Shown here: piece after piece, positions 32,695-42,137 of the stretch
Layout of the letters: the number at the start of each line of letters is the position of its first letter
How positions within the stretch are numbered: the first letter of the stretch is position 1
Assembly (NCBI GenBank): GCA_963753855.1
Contig: CAVWDV010000003.1
Span: forward strand, 14,528-78,527
Origin: Lacipirellulaceae bacterium
GTDB taxonomy: Bacteria; Planctomycetota; Planctomycetia; Pirellulales; Lacipirellulaceae
Reading direction: 5' to 3'
DNA: 64,000 nt
Notes under the pieces: generated by a model
Told to the model about the DNA's origin: nothing
What the model saw: the letters and a program-made list of their open reading frames with translations, nothing else
Databases searched by the model: none
Made by a program: the position numbers and the translations under genes

Positions 32695-34425
32695 GTGCCA
32701 GATTTCAAACCAATTGGTGCTCAAACGCAGTTCAAGTGTGCCTTCGATATTGATCCTGGGCAACTTGAAGAGCCAATGTCTGACCTACGCCGTTTAGTGC
32801 GTAAGTGGTGTACTGAAAAGAAGGGATGTAGAGATGAGTCGAAGACGATCCTACAACCTTGGTTCTACCTAGGAACCCATCGAGATCACGGCGGTGAGTA
32901 CCAGTGGATTGGTGGCAATCAGCTTCGGGTGGCAACAGTACCCAGCGACAACCCAAGTGCCCCATCAGCCTGGGGACTTGAACTAATTCATGCCGACTCC
33001 GACGAGTCGGCACGTCGCTGGTGTGCGGAGGTATTCTTGCGGAAGCAAGAGAATGGAAAGATTCGCTTTTCGACAATTGTCTCCTACTGGATGCTTCCCA
33101 ACTTCATCGGTGAGTATCCCGAGCAACCAATCATGTCTGTTCCAGCTTACGTACGTGACATTCTCTGGGACTCGAATCTAGCTTGTACAAAGGGATCGGT
33201 TCCAGTTCTCCAAGAGTTCATTCCTGTAACGACTGACAACGCTCGCAGTATCTATAATCAGGTTGCGGACCAAGACCGAGGGTTGCCCTTTGTATTCCTG
33301 GGTGGCACGGAGGAAGAAGGCAAATTAGCGGCTGACCCGGTTCAGCTTAAGCGATACCTAATCGGAAATGCCAACGTTTTTGCTTTCTTCGATCCCGCCG
33401 CCTTGGAGGAGATGAATTACTACCTCGGCGATCAGTATCGTTGTGAAATGGGGACAGTCCGATGTTACCAGACTCGATTCGACCGTGACCGAATTGACAA
33501 TCCCAAAATTCACAGGTTTTTCGACAGGACATTTATCGCAGAGCGAGGCGGGTATCATGCCATTGAGTTGCTGGCGAATGGACTGGCGAAGAACGGAGCC
33601 TGTTTCGACAAGGACGACATTACTGATCTGAGCGACATATATGTTGCGCGACGCAGGTATCGATTTCGTCAATTGGCGGCTGAAGTAGCAGAAGCAACCG
33701 ATGCTGCGGATAAGGCCGCTAAGGAGGCTGACCTCTATGAGGCTGAGAAGAACCAATACTTCGAGGAGGGGATCTATCTGTATGACGAGATTGAAGAACT
33801 GAAGAATATGGTTGCAGCAATTGAGGAAGAGAACAATGTATTTCGAGAGAAGCAATACGACCTGTCTGCAAGGGCTGGACAAGCTGACGATCTGCGAAAG
33901 CAAGTCGAGGAACTACAGCATATTTCTGACTTGCTTCCTTCTTTGGCAGAGTTTCCAAAGTCCTTAGAAGAAGTCGTCAATCTAATCGAAAAATTGTTCC
34001 CCGGTCGTCTTGTATTTACTGATGAGGCGAAGCAGTCGGCACGTTCGTGTCAGAAGAAAGACAAGTACTGGCAAAAAGCGGATGGCTGCGTCATCGCCTG
34101 GAAGATGTTGGTACATCTAGCAACAACAGGTGTGGAAGCAATGTTCTCGGAGGAGATCACGGCAAAAGACGATCACTTTCACTCAGTTAGTGGATTCAAG
34201 TTGGCCTTGTCGGAGGGGAGCACGACAAAGGGCGAGAAGCAGTTGGCCGCAATGCGTAAAACCATCTTCAACGGTGTTGAGTATGATATAAGCCCACACG
34301 TCAAGTTTGACAAGAAACCGCAGTATCTACGCATTCATTTCGCCACTATCCCCGAGACTGGGCAGATCATCATCGGCCATTGTGGAAACCACTTGGATAC
34401 GGCAGGGACAAAGAAAATGTCTTAG
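32695..34425 (+). CDS. 576-aa hypothetical protein with a central coiled coil and a RelE-like C-terminus
   Basis: Intact lower-GC ORF; heptad-rich acidic segment at aa ~325-410; ends ISPHVKF...YLRIHFA...IIIGHCGNHL. Confidence 0.7.
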   Translation: MPDFKPIGAQTQFKCAFDIDPGQLEEPMSDLRRLVRKWCTEKKGCRDESKTILQPWFYLGTHRDHGGEYQWIGGNQLRVATVPSDNPSAPSAWGLELIHADSDESARRWCAEVFLRKQENGKIRFSTIVSYWMLPNFIGEYPEQPIMSVPAYVRDILWDSNLACTKGSVPVLQEFIPVTTDNARSIYNQVADQDRGLPFVFLGGTEEEGKLAADPVQLKRYLIGNANVFAFFDPAALEEMNYYLGDQYRCEMGTVRCYQTRFDRDRIDNPKIHRFFDRTFIAERGGYHAIELLANGLAKNGACFDKDDITDLSDIYVARRRYRFRQLAAEVAEATDAADKAAKEADLYEAEKNQYFEEGIYLYDEIEELKNMVAAIEEENNVFREKQYDLSARAGQADDLRKQVEELQHISDLLPSLAEFPKSLEEVVNLIEKLFPGRLVFTDEAKQSARSCQKKDKYWQKADGCVIAWKMLVHLATTGVEAMFSEEITAKDDHFHSVSGFKLALSEGSTTKGEKQLAAMRKTIFNGVEYDISPHVKFDKKPQYLRIHFATIPETGQIIIGHCGNHLDTAGTKKMS

Positions 34426-34481
34426 CCATCGAATCAGCTTTTCACATTCTGAGAATTAGCTAGCAATTGGAACCGTGATAC

Positions 34482-35049
34482 ATGAGTGACCAACCCGTAC
34501 TAGCCCCGCCACCCAGCCACGCCGAAATTCGAGCTGAACTCGAAGCGATGGTTGTCGGCGACATACCCCGCCTCCATCACGCAGATTCTACAGGGACTCG
34601 TTGGGAAGCAGTTGTTGGTTCAGCACGGGAAGAAGCGGGGGGCGACTTACCAACTTGGGGAGATTTTTTGGACTGCGGAGAATAACGAGACGGACTCCAC
34701 ACAAACCGATGCGAACTCCACACAAAAGGAACCGACAACTCCACACATTGGCGAAGACAACTCCGCACAAAGTGACTTTTCCCCGGAGATTTGGGCTGTT
34801 GCAGAACCTGCCCGTAAGAGCCGCAAACTCCCCACAGCTAGGATGAGGCAGCTAATCATCGACCTTTGTAGCAAGCAGTATTTGACGCCCAGAGAGTTGG
34901 GAACCTTGCTTGACCGCCAGCCGATTGGATTACAGCAAAACTACCTGAGAGGGATGGTCCAGGATGGGGAGTTGGTGCTCCGCTACCCTGACGAACCCAA
35001 CCATCCCCAACAGGCATACGGAACCAAGTCAACCGAGCACGAACCATGA
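34482..35049 (+). pseudogene. chimeric relic: duplicated drmA 5' end joined to the C-terminal wHTH part of an ATPase/Fic-tail-like protein
   Basis: 34482-34562 encodes MSDQPVLAPPPSHAEIRAELEAMVVGD, versus drmA MSDLPVLAKPPSQAELRAELEAMVIGD. It continues with ...LCSKQYLTPRELGTLL...LRYPDEPNHPQQAY. Confidence 0.6.
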
Positions 35050-38000
35050 GCGACCTGCCTGTACTAGCGAAACCACCCAGCCAAGCCGAGCTTCGAGCCG
35101 AACTCGAAGCGATGGTCATTGGTGATCTGCTCGGCCCAGCGGGTGGCGAGAGCGAGGAACTCACCGAACGCACCGTGCGTGATCGATACATTGTCGGCGT
35201 TCTCGCCCCGCAGTCGGGCCGGCGAGCAGACCACAAGGTGCAACCATGGACGACGAGGACGAAGAGGCACCGCTCATCCCCGACGAACTGGCTGAAGGCG
35301 GCAGCGATACCGCCGACGACGGCACGACCGACAAGGATGTTCCCGTTGCTGCTAGGCCATCTGCCTCCGTCCATCGGGATGACGTTCTCGGTCGAGGACG
35401 ACGCCAAGGCAATCAAGGTCTCGGCATTCTGGGGGCAGTACAAGCGAGAAGTGCGAGAAGATCAGATTGAGGAACGACCGGCAAGCCGATCCGAGTCTGG
35501 CAGCGATACGCTCGTGGCGGAATAAAGGAATTCCGCTTGAGGATGGCCCGATCAAGGCCATCCGCTCCTGATGTCGAGTTTCGCGACATCTACATCCAAG
35601 GGCAGATTCGCAAGCGAGACACCCACTGGGTCATCACGGTGTTCCTGATCAACGCACAGGAAGAAGGAAGCCGAAGGACGAGTTCCACGTCTTCCAGCCG
35701 GTCATCACGGTGGAGGCTGTCGATGGCAAGCCGATCTTCTGTAAGCGCATGACGGTCGGCTCGAACGACGACCTCGAAGAGCACCTGATGGCGATGCTGT
35801 ACCGGCATCACGTCGAGTTCGCCGTGGGCCACGGCGTGAGCGTCCATGCCGAGGTGTCCGAGGAATCTCCGACCGGGCCACACTGATCCGCACCGAGTTC
35901 ATGTCCCTCGCTACGAGGTGCCTCGCACCACGCCCCCGACCGAGGCGGATGCCGAGGAGAACCCGGCCTTCGGCAAGCTAAGGGGCTGGTGCTCGACATG
36001 AAGGAACTGGCCGAGGCCGACACAAGAAAGCTGCCGAAGATGCTCGGCCCGCTGGTCGCTTCCTACCGAGACTGGATCGACAGCGAGGCCAAGAAGCTCG
36101 GCGACCCGAGTGAGGGGCTGAGTCAATTCGGTGCCGCTCCTGAAGTCGCCATCGAGAACTGCCGCCAAACGCTTCAGCGGATCGAGGCCGGATTGCAACT
36201 TTTGCAGCAAGACGCCCAAGCATTCGAAGCGTTTCAGTTCATGAACCGGGCGATGTGGCTCCAGCGCACGCACTCGATCTACTCCGAGCGGTTCGTCGTG
36301 GGGCCCAGCCCGACTTCGACAAAGAGATCGACATTCCAAAGAACCGCAGCTGGCGGACCTTCCAGATCGCCTTCATCCTGCTCAACATTCCCGGCGTCAC
36401 CAAGTTCGATCACCCTGAGCGGGGCGAAGGTGCCGATGCCATCGCCGATCTGCTATTCTTTCCGACCGGTGGTGGTAAGACGGAAGCCTATCTAGGTCTG
36501 TCCGCCTACACGATGGGCCTGCGGCGGCTGCAAGGCGTGATCGCCGGCCGAGTCGGCGACGAGGGCATGGCCGTGCTGATGCGGTACACGCTGCGACTGC
36601 TGACCATCCAACAGTTCCAGCGGGCCACGGCCTTGATCTGTGCCTGCGAGTCGATCCGCCGCAAGTGCTTGGAACAAGGGGACGATCGCTGGGGCAAGAC
36701 TCCGTTTCGCATCGGCCTCTGGGTCGGACGCCGAACGACCCCCAACCGAACCGACGATGCTGCCGAAGCGATCAAACAAGCTGCGTGGCAATCAATACGG
36801 AGGGGCCGGGTCTTGGCTCGCCCTATCAATTGACCGCCTGCCCCTGGTGCGGAAGTGCGATCGAAGGTGGCAAGCATCTCGATGCGAAGCCGTACCCACA
36901 CGGTTCGGCCCGGACGCTGACCTACTGTGGCGACAAGTTCGGCCAGTGTTTGTTCAGCCGTCGGCAGGCACCCGACGAAGGATTGCCGGTGGTTGTGGTG
37001 GACGAGGAAATCTATCGCCGCCTGCCCACCTTGCTGATTGCCACGGTGGACAAGTTCGCCCAGATGCCGTGGAAGGGCGAAGTCCAGATGCTGTTCGGCC
37101 AGGTCAACGGAGTCTGCGAGCGTCATGGCTTCAAGTCGCCCGAGATCGAGGACTCAACGTTCCATCCTCGATCGAAGGCTGGGCTTCCTGCTGCGAAGCT
37201 GCTGGACCATTCCCCGCTCCGGCCGCCAGACCTGGTGATCCAGGACGAGTTGCATCTGATCAGCGGGCCGCTGGGCACGCTGGTCGGTCTTTACGAGACG
37301 GCAATCGACAAGCTCTGCACTTGGGAAGTCGACGGCAAGCCGGTGCGTCCCAAGGTCATCGCCTCGACGGCGACGATCAAGAATGCCGACGTGCAGGTGC
37401 GGAGCCTGTTCCTGCAGAACCGTGAACGTCTTCCCGCCGCCCGGCCTCGACGTGCAGGACAACTTCTTCTCCGTGCAACGGGAGCCGACCGACGAAGACT
37501 TTGGTCGACGTTACATCGGGGTTTGCTCGCCGGGCCGTCGCCTGAAGGCGGTACTCATTCAGGTCACGTCTCGATGCTCTGCTCGGCCAGGCCCTCTACG
37601 AGAAGTACGGCAAGGCGGTCGATCCGTGGATGACGGTGGTGGGCTACTTCAATTCCATGCGAGAGCTAGGGGGAATGCGGCGTCTGGTAGACGATCAGGT
37701 CTTCAGCCGCTGCCGTAAGCAGGATCGACGAGGACTCGCCAAGCGTTACCTAGGCGGGAACTACCTCGCTGAGTTGACCAGCCGCATGAGGTCGGAGGAG
37801 ATCCCGCAGATTCTCGACCATCTGGAGGCGATCTTCGATCCGGAGTTGGAAGAGCGGCGAAAGCGAGGCCTTCCAGACCAAGAACTTCGAGAATGTCCCG
37901 CCGAAACCGCTCGATGTACTTCTCGCCACGAACATGATCTCGGTCGGTGTGGACGTGAGCCGCTTGGGACTGATGGTCGTCGCCGGTCAGCCCAAGGCCA

Positions 38001-38652
38001 CCGCCGAGTACATCCAGGCCACGAGCCGTGTTGGTCGTGCATTCCCTGGTCTGGTTTGCACGGTATTCAACTGGGCACGGCCTCGGGACGTGTCCCACTA
38101 CGAGACCTTCGAGCACTATCACGCCACGTTCTACAAGCACGTGGAGCCACTTTCGGTGACACCCTTTTCACCGGGCGCGTTGCAGCGGGGCTTGGCAGGA
38201 TTGCTGGTGTCGATGGTTCGCCTGCGCGGCACCGAGTTCAACCCCAACGAGGCCGCAGGCAGAATAACCAACACAATCCTTATGTTCTCGACGCCATCGA
38301 CACAATTGTGAAACGAGCGGAAGTCATTGGTGATGGGACTGCGACTGGAGACTTCTGTCGTGCGGAACTCTCGAAGAAGGCCGACCTATGGCAGTCAGAA
38401 GCTCAGAATACGGCCGGTGGTCGCTCGCTGACTTACCGAGAACCCTTCGGCGAGGGTGCCCAAAAGGGAACGACCGTCAGTTTGCTTCATAGCCCAGGCT
38501 TGGAACGCTGGGAGGAATTCACTTGCCTGAATTCGCTCCGAGAGGTGGAGCCACCAGCGAAGTTCATCGTCAGCGACGGCGGGCTCGATGGTGGTGACGA
38601 CGAGGAAGAGGTGGCGTCCGATAGTCCGCAGGCAGAGGAGGAACAGGCATGA
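35046..38652 (+). CDS. drmA: DISARM helicase DrmA (multiple frameshifts)
   Basis: DLLGPAGG, RYIVGVLAP, EFAVGHGVSVH, WRTFQIAFIL, FPTGGGKTEAY, MRYTLRLLT, ATVDKFA, IQDELHLI, ASTAT, GYFNSMRELGG, ATNMISVGVDV, YIQATSRVGR, LNSLREVE. Confidence 0.92.
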
Positions 38653-40501
38653 GCACCTCGTCCCAAATGCGGCGGTCGGAAGTTGGCGAAGTGCGGCCGA
38701 GTCAAACGCTGACCACCTATGGCGTTGGATCACTGGTCGATTTGCCGAATCTGTCGGTCCTTGTGATGGGCTTGGATGACTGGCCCATCGCTCACTCGAA
38801 TGAAATTGCCGAAGAGCGATTGCTACTGTCCGCTCAAGTCGATTCTGGGACCGCAAGTCACCCAGTTCTTGACACCGCCACTTGCACCAGATTCAGTGGG
38901 GCCGCAAACGAACTGGTTCGACGAGTCTCGGCAGATCGGCGTTCCGGTGGCGCCCTTTCCACGCTGGATGGTCTGTTCTCGCTGCCGCTTGCTGGCTCCG
39001 CTGAAGTCGGGGCTATTTGAGGCGAAAGTGTTTCCGTACCGGCCCGACCGAGCCTGTTACGTCCACAATTGCACGACCCAAGGGCGAGCACCGATGGCCG
39101 TCCCATCACGCTTCCTCGTCACCTGCGACCGTGGTCATCTCGACGACTTCCCATGGCTGGAGTTTGTCCACCGTGGCCCCACCGAGTGCAACGGACCGTT
39201 GCGGCTGTTCGAGTTCGGACCCTCGGGTGAGATGGCCGACGTTACTGTAGCTTGCGAGAAGTGCGAGAGCCGTCGCCGTTTAGCGGAGGTGGTTGGGCCA
39301 GCGGGTGCCAAGAACATGCCGGCCTGCAACGGCCGCCGCCCTCACCTGCGAGACTACGATCCGAACGGTTGCGATTGCGACACTGTTCGCCCGGTGGCAC
39401 TTGGTGCGTCCAACTTGTGGTTCCCGGTCATTATCTCGGCACTGTCCGTGCCTCAAGCAGCCGACGACCTTGGACGCCTGATCGAGGAACATTGGGCGGT
39501 GCTCGAGAAAGCAACCACGCTGGACGTGCTGAAGGCCTTTCGGCAAATTGGCCAACTCAAGGATTTCGGCAAGTACACCGATGAGCAGATCTGGCAGCGA
39601 TTGGAAGAGAAGCGGGCTGGAGCGGGTGCTGTAGAAGAGGCGCCCGATGACCTGAAGAGCCCCGAGTGGCAAGTCTTCACGAACCCGGCGAAGGCCATAG
39701 AAAGTCGCACCTTCAAGCTCCGCTCGGTCGACCCACCAGCTGACTTTGCCGGCCACTTCGAGAAGATCGTGCTGGTCGAAAAACTACGGGAGGTACGGGC
39801 ACTGGTCGGCTTTACGAGGCTGATGTCACCACGAGATTTCGATAATCCAGCAGACCTTCCCGAAGAGCGGCGGGCATCGATTTCTCGTCGGCAGCCGAGC
39901 TGGCTGCCAGCTAGCGAAACTCGAGGCGAAGGCATCTTCTTCCAGTTTCACGAAGCAGGTCCAGGCATGGGTCACGGCCCACCATGCCTACGAGCGTGAG
40001 TTTGAGCGAGCGCATGTCGCCTGGAGGGCAGCGAAGAACATCCCCAACCCAGAACGGGGCTATCCCGGCATCCGCTTCGTCCTGCTCCATTCGTTTGCTC
40101 ACGCCCTGATTCGGCAGCTGTCCATCGAGTGTGGCTACACGTCGGCCTCGATCTCCGAACGCATCTACTCCCGCAATCCAGAAGGGGGCGAGCCGATGGC
40201 CGGGGTGTTGATCTACACCTCCGCTCCCGACAGTGAGGGAACGCTGGGAGGACTTTGTGCCCTCGGAGAACCAGACAAGCTGGACCGCCATATCAAGCGA
40301 GCGCTCGAGAAGGTGAGCCTCTGTTCGTCGGACCCGTTGTGCTCGGAGCATGAGATCGGTGGAGGCGACACGCTGCATGGCGCTTCGTGCCATGCGTGTT
40401 CGTTCCTGCCCGAGACGTCTTGCGAGCGAGGCAACAAGTATTTGGACCGGGCTGCCTTGGTGGCTACGATGGAACGCTCCGACGTGGCCTTTTTTGGATG
40501 A
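38649..40501 (+). CDS. drmB: DISARM DUF1998 protein DrmB (frameshifts)
   Basis: GEVRPSQTLTTYGVGSLVDLP, FPRWMVC, GHLDDFPW, GASNLWF, LREVRALVGFTR, RGEGIF, LLHSFAHALI, DSEGTLGGL, CSSDPLC, CHAC...SCE. Confidence 0.92.
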
Positions 40502-40504
40502 CTC

Positions 40505-41299
40505 ATGAGCTCGCATCGTAAGATCGCCGAACTAGCCACCGACCTGGCTAGCAGGCTCCCCACCTGCACGGTCGAGAGCGTGGCCGAAGCGATTGCGACG
40601 AGCGACCCAGCAAGCCTCAGGGCAGAGATTGCCAAGCGAGTCCCTCACCACCACCATCGGGGCCAAGCCCTCACCTTCGTGGACAAATGGCAGACGATGT
40701 CGCCCAACTTGGATGCCAACGTCGTCGCCGTGGCCCTGCTGACCGCTAGCAGTAGTCAACAGAAACATCGTGATTTGCAGAGCGTCGAGTTGGTGTGGAC
40801 TGGGCCAGAGGGAGGCAACGTGCCACTTCGCCGCACCGAGCAGGCGATTTTGCAGCTGTTGGACTCGGCGCAGAACCGGATCACCCTGGTGAGCTTTGCC
40901 GTCTACTCGATTCCCAACATTGCAGCCGCTCTGGTAAAGGCTGCCAGGCGGGGCGTGAAGTTGACGGTCATCGTGGAGACGCCCGACAGGATTGGCGGCG
41001 AAAATGAATACAGCACACTGCGTGCACTTGGGCCGGAGGTGGAAGCCTGTTCCTCGGTTCATTACTGGCCGGTTGAGCAGCGAAAGCTGAGTGCGACGAA
41101 CAAGCCGGGCATCCTGCACGTGAAGTGTGCGGTGGCCGACGGTGAATGGCTATTCTTGTCTTCAGCGAATCTGACTCAGCAAGCGTTTACCATCAACATG
41201 GAACTGGGGATGCTGGTGCGTGGGGGGGCTACGCCAGCAACGGTTGAACGGCTATTCGACAGACTGATTCGAGAGCAGCAACTTTGCCCCATCGATTAG
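40505..41299 (+). CDS. drmC: DISARM phospholipase D-like nuclease DrmC
   Basis: VELVWTGP, RRTEQA, LHVKCAVAD (HKD), SSANLT, NMELG. Confidence 0.92.
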   Translation: MSSHRKIAELATDLASRLPTCTVESVAEAIATSDPASLRAEIAKRVPHHHHRGQALTFVDKWQTMSPNLDANVVAVALLTASSSQQKHRDLQSVELVWTGPEGGNVPLRRTEQAILQLLDSAQNRITLVSFAVYSIPNIAAALVKAARRGVKLTVIVETPDRIGGENEYSTLRALGPEVEACSSVHYWPVEQRKLSATNKPGILHVKCAVADGEWLFLSSANLTQQAFTINMELGMLVRGGATPATVERLFDRLIREQQLCPID

Positions 41300-41328
41300 A
41301 AGCCGAAACGCCTAGGCGGTCAGGTACG

Positions 41329-41541
41329 ATGGACGACGACGACTTCGACGACGAATTCGCCACGTTTGACGAAGTGCCGTGCCCGCACTGCGGTTACGAC
41401 ATCCCCGACGATGTGGATCATTGCCCGCTGTGCGGTGAGCAAGTCCAGTTCGATAATCCCGGTCGAAGCCGGCCGTTGGGGTGCAGCGTCATTGGACTGC
41501 TGGGTCTTTGCGCAATCATTCTGGAATGGATGACGGGATAG
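41329..41541 (+). CDS. small zinc-ribbon membrane protein
   Basis: CPHCG...CPLCG plus a hydrophobic C-terminus. Confidence 0.65.
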   Translation: MDDDDFDDEFATFDEVPCPHCGYDIPDDVDHCPLCGEQVQFDNPGRSRPLGCSVIGLLGLCAIILEWMTG

Positions 41542-41639
41542 ATCCGACAATACGGCCAATACCCGACGCCGCCAGCGCGGAAGTGGGCTTTAGCGAACTA
41601 GCGCCGGACGATGAATCCGAGGTAGGTTTCGCGGTCCTC

Positions 41640-41852
41640 TATCTTGCCGAGGTGAGCTGACCGACGCGCATTGGGGGACTTCGATTGGTGCTCGCTGTGC
41701 CCTGCTTCGGAGGGGAGTGAACACGCAGCTATCGACAGAGGTGGTCACGACCGACGCGCCGAAGTGCCATTTCTTCGAGTGGTCGGGTGATGCACCCTCT
41801 TTCAGTTGGCCCACCGCCGAACTGAGCGAAGTCTGGTGCACCGCTGCGCGTC
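41640..41852. repeat. phased palindrome array A
   Basis: Cores at 41649, 41738, 41783 and 41828 (spacing 89, 45, 45), e.g. AACTGAGCGAAGT-CTGGTGC-ACCGCTGCG. Confidence 0.65.
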
Positions 41853-42137
41853 GAGCGAGCCTTGCCAGGGGCCGAAGTCGGCTCGGCAGGTAGCTTCTGG
41901 AACAAGAATTGCCCCTCTTTCACCTCGGACCCCATAGGGGCCGAATTACCCGGTCAGTGGGCCTGAGTTGGCGGCTGCGCGTGCGGAAACGCACGCCTAG
42001 TGGGACAGAGTGACACAAGAGAACAAGAAGGGCATTTATTAAATCGCCGCCAAAACAGGCAAAAAAGGTGTCGGGTAATCCGGCCTGTTTGCCAGTACCC
42101 CTATGGGGACGAAAGTCTCGATCAAGGGAGGTGTGCG

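Noticed and set aside
23731-40501. Programmed frameshifting or phase variation in the DISARM genes
   Set aside because: Indels are numerous, lack consistent slippery or SSR motifs, and also hit housekeeping genes (queA, iscA, cysH); sequencing error is more parsimonious.
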